Notes under the pieces: generated by a model | What the model was told of the DNA's origin: nothing | Seen by the model: the letters and a program-made list of their open reading frames with translations, nothing else | Databases searched by the model: none | Position numbers and translations under genes: made by a program | NCBI GenBank assembly: GCA_009780515.1 | Contig: WQZX01000004.1 | Coordinates: forward strand, 4,696-68,695 | From: Nocardioidaceae bacterium | GTDB lineage: Bacteria; Actinomycetota; Actinomycetes; Propionibacteriales; Nocardioidaceae | DNA length: 64,000 nt | Direction: 5' to 3' | Shown here: in pieces, positions 38,962 to 51,456 of the stretch | Layout of the letters: every line of letters begins with the position of its first letter | Numbering within the stretch: position 1 is the stretch's first letter

Positions 38962-39463
38962 CAGCGAGCTCTGAGCGCATCGACCGCAGGCACCGGCGGA
39001 CCTGATCGGGACGGTGGACGACGTTCCTCCAGGTGAAGCGCAGCACCCGCCAGCCCTCCACGACCAGCGCCGTGTAGCGCTCGCAGTCACGCTCGAAGGC
39101 ACCGCGATCCTTGGCGTGGAACTCCCAGGAGTCCGCCTCGAACACCACGCCGGTCAGCGGATCGACCAGGTCGGGGTGGAGGACAAGGCCACCCGCCCGC
39201 ACCTCGAGCTGCGGCACGACCGGCCGATCCTCCTCGCTGAGGATCGCCCGGCGGAGACGGCGTCGGGATGTCAGCGCGAGCAGCTCTGCGGTGGGCGCGG
39301 TGCCACCGAGCCGGATGAGCGCTTCCACGGGGTCCACGGGAGGCAGGATGCCGGAATCGCGGCCCGCTCGCTTGCGCTCTCCACAGACCCGTTCCTGCGG
39401 CTTGCGACGGCGACACGCCGTGGCGTACGGCGTGTTGGAGGCGTACGCCGCAGGAACGGTCAC
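38957..39463 (-). pseudogene. Degenerate DUF559 (Vsr-like endonuclease fold) gene with a vestigial AbiEi-like N-terminal wHTH
   Basis: The C-terminus (FEADSWEFHAKDRGAFERDCERYTALVVEGWRVLRFTW) is the DUF559 signature. The N-terminal LIRLGGTAPTAELLALTSRRRLRRAI resembles the AbiEi wHTH. Roughly 100+ aa normally lying between the two parts are absent, and the first ~35 codons run through repeat B. Confidence 0.6.
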
Positions 39464-39464
39464 G
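39384..39464. repeat. 81-nt hairpin-forming repeat, copy B
   Basis: Outer stem CCGTTCCTGCGG/CCGCAGGAACGG (12 bp) and inner stem ACACGCCG/CGGCGTGT. It has the same orientation as copy A, 503 nt downstream. Confidence 0.7.
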
Positions 39465-39500
39465 GGGTCGGTGCCATGGCCGCCGAACTAGGCTCGAAGC

Positions 39501-40883
39501 ATGACTGAGTTCCGCACCGAGCACGACTCCATGGGCGAGGTCCAGGTCCCGGCCGACGCGCTGTGGCGGGCGCAGACGCAGCGGGCCGTCGAGAACTTCC
39601 CGATCAGCGGTACGCCGATCGAGCCGGCGCTCATCCACGCGCTGGGCGAGGTGAAGGCGGCCGCCGCCGTGGCGAACGGCGAGCTCGGTGTGCTGACCGG
39701 TGAGCAGGCAGCGGCGATCGAGGAGGCGGCCCGGACCGTCGCCTCAGGCGAGCACGACGACCAGTTCCCGATCGACTGCTTCCAGACCGGCTCGGGAACG
39801 AGCTCGAACATGAACGCCAACGAGGTGATCGCCTCCCTCGTCGGCAAGGAGGGCGTCGAGGCCCATCCCAACGACCACGTCAACGCCAGCCAGTCCAGCA
39901 ACGACACGTTCCCGACCGCGATCCACGTCGCCGCGACGCTCTCGATCGTGCGCGACCTGCTGCCCGGGATCGACGCGCTCGCCGGATCGCTGGAGGCGAA
40001 GGCACAGGAGTTCGCGGGCCTGGTGAAGTCGGGGCGCACCCACCTGATGGACGCGACGCCCGTGATGCTCGGCCAGGAGCTCGGCGGGCACGCCGCGACG
40101 GTCCGCTATGCGGCGGAGCGGCTGGACGGCGTACTCCCCCGGGTGCGGGAGCTGCCGCTGGGCGGCACCGCGGTCGGCACCGGCATCAACACCCCCGACG
40201 GCTTCGCGCAGGCCGCGATCACGGCGCTCAACACGGCCACGGACGAGGAGTTCACCGAGGCGCGGAACCACTTCGAGGCGCAGGGCACCCGCGACTCGCT
40301 GGTCGAGCTGTCCGGGGTCCTCAAGACGTACGCCGTCGGCCTCACCAAGATCTGCAACGACCTGCGCTGGATGGGCTCCGGCCCCACCGCCGGCCTCGCC
40401 GAGATCCATCTGCCCGACCTCCAGCCCGGATCCAGCATCATGCCCGGCAAGGTCAACCCGGTGCTCCCCGAGGCGACACTGATGGTCTGCATGCAGGTGA
40501 TCGGCAACGACGCGGCCGTCACGGCCGCCGGCGCCAGCGGCGTGTTCGAGCTGAACGTGGCGATGCCGGTCCTGGCGCGCAACCTGCTCGAGTCGATCCG
40601 GCTGCTCGCGGCCGTCAGCCGCACCCTCGCGACCCGCTGCATCGACGGCATCGAGGCCGAGGCCGACCGGATGCGGACGTACGCCGAGAGCTCGCCCTCG
40701 GTCGTCACCCCGCTCAACCGCTTCCTCGGCTACGAGGCGGCCGCGAAGATCGCGAAGAAGGCGCTGGCCGACGGCCGCACCATCCGCGAGACCGTGCTGG
40801 AGATGGGCTACGTCGACCGCGGCGAGATCAGCCAGGAGGACCTCGACGCCGCGCTCGACGTCGACTCGATGACCGGGCGCTGA
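39501..40883 (+). CDS. fumC: Class II fumarate hydratase
   Basis: Carries the [11 protein letters not shown] signature and has full-length family similarity. Confidence 0.95.
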   Translation: MTEFRTEHDSMGEVQVPADALWRAQTQRAVENFPISGTPIEPALIHALGEVKAAAAVANGELGVLTGEQAAAIEEAARTVASGEHDDQFPIDCFQTGSGTSSNMNANEVIASLVGKEGVEAHPNDHVNASQSSNDTFPTAIHVAATLSIVRDLLPGIDALAGSLEAKAQEFAGLVKSGRTHLMDATPVMLGQELGGHAATVRYAAERLDGVLPRVRELPLGGTAVGTGINTPDGFAQAAITALNTATDEEFTEARNHFEAQGTRDSLVELSGVLKTYAVGLTKICNDLRWMGSGPTAGLAEIHLPDLQPGSSIMPGKVNPVLPEATLMVCMQVIGNDAAVTAAGASGVFELNVAMPVLARNLLESIRLLAAVSRTLATRCIDGIEAEADRMRTYAESSPSVVTPLNRFLGYEAAAKIAKKALADGRTIRETVLEMGYVDRGEISQEDLDAALDVDSMTGR

Positions 40884-40906
40884 CCGCTGCTGCGATCAGG
40901 ACGGCG

Positions 40907-41218
40907 TCACGGCCTCTTGTCGCGACCGGTGATGAACGACGCGGCCATCACGACCAGCGCCGCGACGACGACCTGCCAGACGTGGCGCCACCAGTCGAAG
41001 CCCCTGCTGGTGTTGTTCCAGCCGTAGCCCGGCCGACCCTGGACGTTGCCGGCCACCCCGAAGATCGAGTAGTAGATCCAGCTGCCCACCAGCATCCCGA
41101 CGATCCCGCACAGGACGGTGAGCCACAGCGGAATGTTGTCGCGGCGACCGGGCGCGAGGAGCTTGCCGAGAAGCCCGATGACCAGGCCGCCCACGAGCGT
41201 CACGATCAGCGTCTCCAT
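40907..41218 (-). CDS. GlsB/YeaQ/YmgE (transglycosylase-associated) stress membrane protein
   Basis: METLIVTLVGGLVIGLLGKLLAPG..., with 3 TM segments. Confidence 0.8.
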   Translation of the reverse strand: METLIVTLVGGLVIGLLGKLLAPGRRDNIPLWLTVLCGIVGMLVGSWIYYSIFGVAGNVQGRPGYGWNNTSRGFDWWRHVWQVVVAALVVMAASFITGRDKRP

Positions 41219-41267
41219 GGCCCGACCCTAGCGGCGTACGACCACGCAGCGACAGCGTCAGCCGCAG

Positions 41268-41836
41268 GTCAGCCACCCCGGGTCGGTGAGCCGCCGGCGG
41301 CGAACGACCCGCCACCACCCCGACCGCGAGCGCGGCAGCGCGGCGCCGAGCCGGACGCCACGTCTTGCCGCCAGCGGCGAACGACCCGGCACCACCTCGA
41401 CCGCGAGCGGGGCAGCGCGGCGCCGCAGCGACCGAGGCCGGACGCGCGGGCGAGCCGAGGCAGGGAGCAAGGAAGGAGCGACCCGGAGGAGCAGGTCAGC
41501 CACCCGGCGTCGGTGAGCCGCCGGCGGCGAACGACCCGGCACCACCCCGACCGCGAGCGCGGCAGCGCGGCGCCGCCGACGCCGGTTGCAGAGCGCGGGC
41601 GACGAGGCGACGCAGAGCGCGAGACCCGCGGGGCCAGCCACCGGCGAAGGGTGAGCCGCCAGCGGCGAACGAGCCGCCACCACCTCGACCGCGAGCGCGG
41701 CAGCGCGTCGCCGCAGCGACCGAGGCCGGACGCGCGGGCGAGGCGACGCAGGGAGCGAGGAACGAGCGACCGGAGGAGCCGAGACCCGCAAGTCCGGCGA
41801 GGGCGCGACCGCGGCGACGCGCTCGCGCCGATCGAC
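41268..41836. repeat. GC-rich tandem repeat array (4 copies of a ~63-nt core, periods about 77/150/138 nt)
   Basis: The core is GTGAGCCGCCGGCGGCGAACGACCCGGCACCACCCCGACCGCGAGCGCGGCAGCGCGGCGCCG, at 41286, ~41363 (variant), 41513 and 41651. Copies 1 and 3 differ at one position. Copies 2-4 also share a ~70-nt extension (GCAGCGACCGAGGCCGGACGCGCGGGCGAG...GGAGCGA...GAGCGACC.GGAGGAGC). Confidence 0.85.
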
Positions 41837-42538
41837 TCAGTACCAGCCGTTGCTCTCGGAGTGGGCCCACGCGCCGCAGGGGCTGCCGTAGCGCTCCTGG
41901 ATGTAGCCGAGGCCCCACTTGATCTGGGTCTCGGCGTTGTTCTGCCAGTCGGGGCCGGCGGAGGCCATCTTCGAGCCGGGCAGCGACTGCGGGATGCCGT
42001 AGGCGCCCGAGGGGTTGTACGCGTGGAGGTTCCAACCGCTCTCACGCGTCCAGAGGGAGTCCAGGCAGCCGAACTGGTCGCTGCTCCAGCCGAACTGCCC
42101 GAGCAGCGCCTGGGCGATGCTCTTCGGGTCGGACTGCGCGAGGCTGCGCGTCTGGGTGATGGCCGCGGGCCGGTCGTCGGAGAAGCCGGCGACCTTGGCC
42201 GGGTCGGCCGCGGGGCGCTGGTAGCCCCGGGTCAGTTCCGGCGTGCGGTGGGTGTCGACCGACGCCGACGCCGCGGCGCTGGGCTGGGTGCTGCTGCTGG
42301 TGCTGCTGCCGGCGGTGCCGCCGGAGATGGCGCCACCGATGTCGGCGGCCGCGGGCGCTCCGGTGATGGAGCCCGCGTCCTTGCCGAGCATGCCGGCACC
42401 GACGGAGATGCCGGTGACGGCCAGGGCGACGGAGGACAGGACGATGGTGTTGCGGGCCGCACGCTTCGGGGCCTCGGCCAAATGGGCATGCCGAGAGGCT
42501 CCGCGGTGCTTGGGCGCAGGGCGGTGTTCGTTCGACAA
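41837..42538 (-). CDS. Secreted lytic-transglycosylase-like cell-wall protein
   Basis: The C-terminal domain reads CLDSLWTRESGWNLHAYNPSGAYGIPQSLPGSKMASAGPDWQNNAETQIKWGLGYIQERYGSPCGAWAHSESNGWY. There is an N-terminal signal anchor. The only in-frame start at the 5' end is TTG 42538. Confidence 0.8.
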   Translation of the reverse strand: MSNEHRPAPKHRGASRHAHLAEAPKRAARNTIVLSSVALAVTGISVGAGMLGKDAGSITGAPAAADIGGAISGGTAGSSTSSSTQPSAAASASVDTHRTPELTRGYQRPAADPAKVAGFSDDRPAAITQTRSLAQSDPKSIAQALLGQFGWSSDQFGCLDSLWTRESGWNLHAYNPSGAYGIPQSLPGSKMASAGPDWQNNAETQIKWGLGYIQERYGSPCGAWAHSESNGWY

Positions 42539-42735
42539 TGCAGAGATCCTGGGTGGACAACAGGGGGATGTCGCCGGTCCGAGAGGCGTCGGCCGGAAGG
42601 CCGGGCCGTTGGCGATCGCTCCACCCTGCCTGACGGTCAGGGGTGAGGCAAGTTGACGCGACGGGTTGCCACCGAGTCCTTCGCCACATTGGCCACGGCT
42701 GTCACATGCACCCCCTCAGGGGCCGTACGACGCCC

Positions 42736-44124
42736 TCAGACGACCACGTTCTCGAGCATCTCGGTGACCAACGCCGCAATCGGGGACCGCTCGGACCGAG
42801 TCAGCGTGACGTGCGCGAACAGCGGGTGGCCCTTGAGCTTCTCGACGACCGCGACGATGCCGTCGTGCCGTCCGACACGCAGGTTGTCGCGCTGGGCCAC
42901 GTCGTGGGTCAGGACCACCTTGGAGTTGGCCCCGATGCGCGACAGCACGGTCAGCAGCACGTTGCGCTCCAGCGACTGCGCCTCGTCGACGATCACGAAC
43001 GCGTCGTGCAGCGAACGGCCGCGGATGTGGGTCAGCGGCAGGACCTCGAGCATGCCGCGATCCATGATCTCGTCGACGACGTCGGGCGACGTCAGGGCGC
43101 CCAGGGTGTCGAACACCGCCTGGCCCCACGGCGACATCTTCTCCGACTCCGAGCCGGGCAGGTAGCCGAGCTCCTGGCCACCGACCGCGAACAGGGGCCG
43201 GAACACCACGACCTTCTTGTGCTGCCGTCGCTCCATCACCGCCTCCAGGCCGGCGCACAGCGCCATCGCGGACTTGCCGGTGCCGGCGCGGCCGCCGAGC
43301 GAGACGATGCCGACCTCGGGATCGAGCAGCATCTCGAGAGCGATCTTCTGCTCCGAGGAGCGGCCGTGGATGCCGAACGCCTCGCGGTCGCCGCGCACCA
43401 GGTGGACCTGCTTGTCGGGTCCGACCCGGCCGAGCGCGGTGCCGCGCTCGGAGAGCAGCACCAGGCCCGTGTGGCACGGCAGGTCGCGGGCCGTGTCGTT
43501 GTCGAGGGTGCCGTCGGCGTACAGCTCGTCGACCTCCATCCCGGAGACCTCGAGCTCGACCATGCCGCTGTAGCCGGTGTCGGAGTCGGAGACGGCCTCG
43601 GCGCGGTACTCCTCGGCGGCCAGGCCGACCGCTGAGGCCTTGATCCGCAGCGGGAGGTCCTTGGAGACCAGGGTCACGTCGTGGCCCTCGTCGGCGAGGT
43701 TGCGCGCCACCGCGAGGATGCGGGTGTCGTTGTCGCCCAGGCGGAAGCCGGACGGCAGCGTGGTGGGGTCGGTGTGGTTGAGCTCGACGCGGACCGTGCC
43801 ACCGTCCTCGCCCACCGGCACCGGCGCGTCGAGGCGACCGTGCTGGATCCGCAGCTCGTCGAGCATCCGCAGCGCGCTGCGCGCGAAGTAGCCCAGCTCG
43901 GGGTGGTGCCGCTTGCCCTCGAGCTCGGTGATCACCACCACCGGCAGCACGACCTCGTGCTCGGCGAACCGTCGTACGGCGCCGGGGTCGGCGAGCAGCA
44001 CGCTGGTGTCGAGGACGTAGGTGCGCTGCTTCGGCTTGCGGCTGCGGGTGGTCCGCTTGGGGGCGGCGGTGCTGCGGGGCTTGCGTGCTGCGGTGGTTGC
44101 GGACTGCGCCTTCGTGGTTGCCAC
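42736..44124 (-). CDS. PhoH2 (PIN domain + PhoH ATPase)
   Basis: N-terminal PIN domain (YVLDTSVLL...DNDTRIL) and GRAGTGKS Walker A. Contains VIVDEAQ. GTG start. Confidence 0.9.
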   Translation of the reverse strand: MATTKAQSATTAARKPRSTAAPKRTTRSRKPKQRTYVLDTSVLLADPGAVRRFAEHEVVLPVVVITELEGKRHHPELGYFARSALRMLDELRIQHGRLDAPVPVGEDGGTVRVELNHTDPTTLPSGFRLGDNDTRILAVARNLADEGHDVTLVSKDLPLRIKASAVGLAAEEYRAEAVSDSDTGYSGMVELEVSGMEVDELYADGTLDNDTARDLPCHTGLVLLSERGTALGRVGPDKQVHLVRGDREAFGIHGRSSEQKIALEMLLDPEVGIVSLGGRAGTGKSAMALCAGLEAVMERRQHKKVVVFRPLFAVGGQELGYLPGSESEKMSPWGQAVFDTLGALTSPDVVDEIMDRGMLEVLPLTHIRGRSLHDAFVIVDEAQSLERNVLLTVLSRIGANSKVVLTHDVAQRDNLRVGRHDGIVAVVEKLKGHPLFAHVTLTRSERSPIAALVTEMLENVVV

Positions 44125-44427
44125 GACTTCACCTCACCGGCCGCACGCGCACCCGCGCCCGGCCCTATTCCTCGCAGATGGACCGGGAGACGGCCTCATG
44201 GCCGGGGCGGTGGCCCCGATCGAGCAGACCAGCCCGTACGCCGGGGTGCCGGCGCCCCATCGCCCTGTGAGCGATCGAGTCGTGCAACACGTTCGGGCCT
44301 CCAGATGAGGCGGGCTTCCCCACCCGCCATTGATCCCGAAGGTACGCCGGGGGCGATGGCGCCGAACGCGACACGCCCGAGCGGAGGGTGGACGTCATCT
44401 GCTGGTCATCCGGTGTGCGGCAAGGAG

Positions 44428-45162
44428 TCACACGCGCCGGTAGGCCAGGTCCGCGATGTCCCGTCCGACCGCGATGCCCTTGCGCTCGAACTTGGTCAGC
44501 GGCCGCTCGTCCCACCGCTCGGTGCGGCCGCCCTCGAGCAGCGGCTCGGCGTCGAGCACCTCCGCCATCTGCTCGGCGTACTCCGCCCAGTCGGTGGCGA
44601 GCCGCCAGGTGCCGCCCTCGACGAGGCGGGAGGCCAGCAGGTGTGCGTGCGGGGGCGTCACGAGCCGGCGCTTGTGATGGCGCTTCTTGTGCCACGGGTC
44701 GGGGAAGAACGTCCACAGCTCGCGCACCGACGCCTCGGCGATCCGGTTCTCGAAGAGCCAGACCGCGTCGACGCTGCAGAACCGCACGTTGTCCAGGCCG
44801 GCCTCGCCGACCCGCGCCAGCCCGTCGGCCACCCCCGGCAGCCACACCTCCAGCGCCAAGAAGTTGGACGACGGCCGCCGGGCCGCGAGTGCAGCGGTGG
44901 CCTCGCCGACGCCCCCGCCGATCTCGACCACCATCGGAGCCTCGCGGCCGAACCAGTCCGACCACGCGAAGTCCGAGGCGTCCACGGCCTCGTCGGGCAC
45001 GACCCACCTGTCGGCGTACGCATCCCATGCCGTCTGCTGCTTCGGGGTGAACCGGCTGCCCCGGCGCGAGTAGGTCAGGACCTCCCGCACGGGCCGGCCG
45101 TCGTCGGTGAGCTTGTGGTGCGGCCGGGCCGGTGTCACGCCCTCGCGTCGCTCCGGCGTCAC
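44428..45162 (-). CDS. trmB: tRNA (guanine46-N7)-methyltransferase
   Basis: Contains VEIGGGVGE and FFPDPWHKKRHHKRR. The start is GTG 45162 (GTGA overlap with the upstream gene) or GTG 45138. Confidence 0.85.
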   Translation of the reverse strand: MTPERREGVTPARPHHKLTDDGRPVREVLTYSRRGSRFTPKQQTAWDAYADRWVVPDEAVDASDFAWSDWFGREAPMVVEIGGGVGEATAALAARRPSSNFLALEVWLPGVADGLARVGEAGLDNVRFCSVDAVWLFENRIAEASVRELWTFFPDPWHKKRHHKRRLVTPPHAHLLASRLVEGGTWRLATDWAEYAEQMAEVLDAEPLLEGGRTERWDERPLTKFERKGIAVGRDIADLAYRRV

Positions 45163-45464
45163 GAGGAGCCGCTCGTGACGGCCAGCACCACCAGCACGAC
45201 GGCGTACAGCAGGGCCAGACCGAGCTCGACGGTGCCGACGATCCCGAGGACCCAGCCGACGGTGACCATCGTGCTGCCGCCGAGCCTGCCCTGCGACGCG
45301 GCGATCTCCCGGCGGGCACGGGCGCCCATGACCAGCGCGAACGGCGAGGTCAGGCCGCAGACGAAGTGTCCGACGATCCCGAGGACCAGGATCGTGGTGG
45401 CCTTGGGATGGTCCGGCGGGGGTGGCGGGGGCATGCCCGGGATCGGGTACGGCTGCTGCGACAT
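45159..45464 (-). CDS. DUF4190 small membrane protein
   Basis: Pro-rich N-terminus followed by ILVLGIVG...GWVLGIVG in two TM helices. Confidence 0.7.
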   Translation of the reverse strand: MSQQPYPIPGMPPPPPPDHPKATTILVLGIVGHFVCGLTSPFALVMGARARREIAASQGRLGGSTMVTVGWVLGIVGTVELGLALLYAVVLVVLAVTSGSS

Positions 45465-45562
45465 GGCTGCATCCTCCCAACACCGGGCCGCTGCGCAAAC
45501 GTCGCCACGGTCTTCGGCCGGAGGACGGCAGCACGCCTCGTCCCAGCGCGCGCCGAGACGGC

Positions 45563-45601
45563 GAGAAGCCCCGCCCAGCCTGAGGCTGAGCGGGGCTTCT
45601 C
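45563..45601 (-). terminator. Strong hairpin after tuf
   Basis: GAGAAGCCCCGC-c-CAGCC-tga-GGCTG-a-GCGGGGCTTCTC (12 + 5 bp), 22 nt downstream of the tuf stop. Confidence 0.75.
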
Positions 45602-45623
45602 GGTTGGCCAGTGGCCGGTCAGG

Positions 45624-46817
<1,194 letters not shown>

Positions 46818-46897
46818 TGTGGGCTCCTCCTGTGGTTGTTACTTGACTCGTACTTAAAGGGTGTTGCGCCGAGGGCACCTGATGAGCGACCCGGAGG

Positions 46898-49018
<2,121 letters not shown>

Positions 49019-49098
49019 GTGAGTCAGCGTTCCTTAGGTATTGGGATGAGCAGGTTGGGGGCGTACGGCGGAGCCTCGGTGGACCCCGCCGTACGACG

Positions 49099-49569
49099 TC
49101 ACCAGCGGTAGTGCGCGAAGGCCTTGTTGGACTCGGCCATCTTGTGGGTGTCCTCGCGCTTCTTCACAGCGGCACCGAGGCCGTTGCTCGCGTCGAGGAT
49201 CTCGTTCATCAGGCGCTCGGACATCGTCTTCTCACGACGGTCCGCGGCGTAGCCGACCAGCCAGCGCAGCGCGAGCGTGGTGCCGCGCGTGCCCTTGACC
49301 TCGATCGGGACCTGGTAGGTCGCGCCACCGACGCGACGGGACTTGACCTCGATCGCCGGGCGGACGTTGTCCAGCGCACGCTTGAGGGTGATGACCGGGT
49401 CGGTGCCGGTCTTGTCGCGGGTGCCCTCGAGGGCGGAGTAGACGATGCGCTGGGCGGTCTGCTTCTTGCCGTCCTTCAGGACCTTCGACACGAGCTGGGT
49501 GACCAGCTGCGAGCCGTAGACCGGGTCGACGTCGAGGGGGCGCTTAGGAGCGGGGCCCTTACGAGGCAT
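49099..49569 (-). CDS. rpsG: 30S ribosomal protein S7
   Basis: [20 protein letters not shown]... Confidence 0.99.
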   Translation of the reverse strand: MPRKGPAPKRPLDVDPVYGSQLVTQLVSKVLKDGKKQTAQRIVYSALEGTRDKTGTDPVITLKRALDNVRPAIEVKSRRVGGATYQVPIEVKGTRGTTLALRWLVGYAADRREKTMSERLMNEILDASNGLGAAVKKREDTHKMAESNKAFAHYRW

Positions 49570-49571
49570 GC

Positions 49572-49943
49572 TTACTTCTCCTTCTTGGCGCCGTAGCGGC
49601 TGCGAGCCTGCTTGCGGTTCTTGACGGCCTGGGTGTCGAGGGCGCCACGGATGACCTTGTAGCGGACACCGGGCAGGTCCTTCACACGACCGCCGCGCAC
49701 GAGCACGATCGAGTGCTCCTGGAGGTTGTGACCCTCACCCGGGATGTAAGCAGTGACCTCGACGCCGGAGGAGAGGCGCACACGGGCGACCTTCCGGAGG
49801 GCGGAGTTCGGCTTCTTCGGGGTGGTGGTGTAGACGCGGGTGCAGACGCCACGGCGCTGCGGAGACCCCTTCAGGGCAGGCGTCTTGTTCTTGGACACCT
49901 TGTCCTGGCGGCCCTTGCGGACCAACTGCTGAATGGTGGGCAC
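49572..49943 (-). CDS. rpsL: 30S ribosomal protein S12
   Basis: [51 protein letters not shown]... Confidence 0.99.
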   Translation of the reverse strand: MPTIQQLVRKGRQDKVSKNKTPALKGSPQRRGVCTRVYTTTPKKPNSALRKVARVRLSSGVEVTAYIPGEGHNLQEHSIVLVRGGRVKDLPGVRYKVIRGALDTQAVKNRKQARSRYGAKKEK

Positions 49944-50105
49944 CTGGTGGTTCCCTTTCTGGTCTTCTCTTCACGGCCGGGCGCTCTGTCCGGCTCGGAG
50001 GTGATGCGTTCGAGCTCGTGCCGCACGCGCCTCGCTCCGCATCCCAGAGGGGCCCGAAGGAGGGCAGGCGCAACGTGTCCGGGTGGCCAGACACGAAGTA
50101 CGAGG

Positions 50106-51329
50106 TTAGTCGGCGGCCAGATCAAGTACCAAATCGTCCGTGGCGGGCTCGGAGGGGGGCGCCGAGGCCTCGATCCGGAGTCGTTCGGCGCGGACGACCC
50201 GGGCCTCGGCGTACCTCCGGACGAGCAGGGCGAGGCCGACTCCCAGGATGGTCATCGCGCCCCCGACGAGCAGGGTCCAGCGGGGTCCGAAGTGGGCGCC
50301 GATCCAGCCGATCACGGGCGATCCGATGGGGGTGCCGCCGGCCAGGACGGTGAAGTAGAGAGCCATCACCCGGCCGCGTACGGCGGGGGCGGCCTCGAGC
50401 TGCATCGTGGCGTTCGCCGAGTTGAGCATGGTGATGGTGCTCAGGCCGATCAGCGGGCACCAGATCGCGAACACCACGTAGCTCGGGAGCGTGCCGGCGA
50501 CCATCTCCGCGACGCCGAACGCGACGGCGGCGCCGATGATCAGCCGCAGGCGGATGCGCTTGCGGCCGGCGGCCAGCAGCGCGCCGGACAGCGAGCCGAC
50601 GGCCATGACCGAGCCGAGCAGGCCGTACTCCCCCGCGCCCTTGCCGAAGACCCGCGTCGCCATCAGGGCGGAGGTCATCTGGAAGTTCATCCCGAAGGTG
50701 CCGGCGAAGAAGACGATGACGAGCACCATCAGCAGCTTGGGCTGCCCGCGGAGGTAGGTGATGCCCTCGCGGAGCATCCCCTTCGCGCGGCGGGCCGGCT
50801 TCGGCGTGTGCAGCGCGGACTGGTCCATGCGCTGGAGCTGCACGATGACGGCGAGGAACGAGACCGCGTTCATCAGGATCACCCAGCCGGTCGCACGCCC
50901 ACCGCCTCCGAAGGCGCCGATCAGCAGGCCGGCGAGGGCCGGGCCGATGATGCGGGCGGTGTTGAACGAGGCCGAGTTGAGGCCCACGGCGTTGGTGACG
51001 TCCTCGGGGCCGACCATCTCCGAGACGAACGACTGACGCGCGGGCGAGTCGAACGCCGCGCCCAGGCCGAGCGCGAACGCGAGCAGGTAGACGAGCCAGG
51101 TCTGCGCCACCCCGCAGACCGCGGTCGTGCCGAGGACCAGGGCCGCGAGGCCCATCGTCGCCTGGGTCAGCTGGAGGAGGCGGCGCTTCGGGAAGCGGTC
51201 GGCGACCACGCCGGCGTACGGTGAGAACAGCAGGATGGGCAGGAACTGGAGGCCGGTGGTGATGCCGAGCTCGGTGCCGCCGTTGCCGGGGATGGACAGG
51301 ACCAGCCAGTCCTGGGCGACGCGCTGCAT
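50106..51329 (-). CDS. MFS transporter (EntS/MFS_3-like); the true N-terminus probably extends to 51413
   Basis: The listed ORF starts at ATG 51329, inside TM1. The same frame stays open upstream and encodes the family-typical SPTFRSLAHPNYRLYLAGSVVSNTGTW. That stretch contains no ATG, GTG or TTG. An ACG at 51413 lies 6 nt after AAGGAG. Confidence 0.75.
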   Translation of the reverse strand: MQRVAQDWLVLSIPGNGGTELGITTGLQFLPILLFSPYAGVVADRFPKRRLLQLTQATMGLAALVLGTTAVCGVAQTWLVYLLAFALGLGAAFDSPARQSFVSEMVGPEDVTNAVGLNSASFNTARIIGPALAGLLIGAFGGGGRATGWVILMNAVSFLAVIVQLQRMDQSALHTPKPARRAKGMLREGITYLRGQPKLLMVLVIVFFAGTFGMNFQMTSALMATRVFGKGAGEYGLLGSVMAVGSLSGALLAAGRKRIRLRLIIGAAVAFGVAEMVAGTLPSYVVFAIWCPLIGLSTITMLNSANATMQLEAAPAVRGRVMALYFTVLAGGTPIGSPVIGWIGAHFGPRWTLLVGGAMTILGVGLALLVRRYAEARVVRAERLRIEASAPPSEPATDDLVLDLAAD

Positions 51330-51456
51330 CCAGGTGCCGGTGTTGGAGACGACGCTGCCGGCGAGGTAGAGGCGGTAGTTGGGGTGGGCCAGGGAGCGGA
51401 AGGTCGGGCTCGTGGTGTGCTCCTTCGGGATGCGTCGGGGTCGGTGGGACCGGCGG

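Noticed and set aside
41268-41836. Possible CRISPR array, because of regularly recurring GC-rich repeats in an intergenic region
   Set aside because: The repeat core (~63 nt) is much longer than CRISPR repeats. The spacing is irregular (about 77, 150 and 138 nt). The would-be spacers are themselves homologous between units. No cas genes are nearby.
41286-41922. ORFs inside the repeat array (for example 41286..41516 + and 41365..41922 +) as a repeat-containing Arg/Pro-rich protein
   Set aside because: All frames give low-complexity Arg/Pro/Ala strings. The first repeat copy is out of frame with the others. The longest frame uses many A-ending codons, unlike genuine genes here. That frame also runs antisense into the 3' end of the well-supported transglycosylase-like gene.
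42539-42735. c-di-AMP (ydaO-type) riboswitch in the ~200-nt leader of the cell-wall transglycosylase-like gene, a common arrangement for actinobacterial cell-wall hydrolases
   Set aside because: Reading the minus strand, I could not find the conserved ydaO segments I remember, such as the terminal ...CCGA..CCG.CAGCUAACC.CGUAAGC block. Only generic GC-rich hairpins are present. A covariance-model scan (Rfam RF00379) would be decisive, and I cannot run one.
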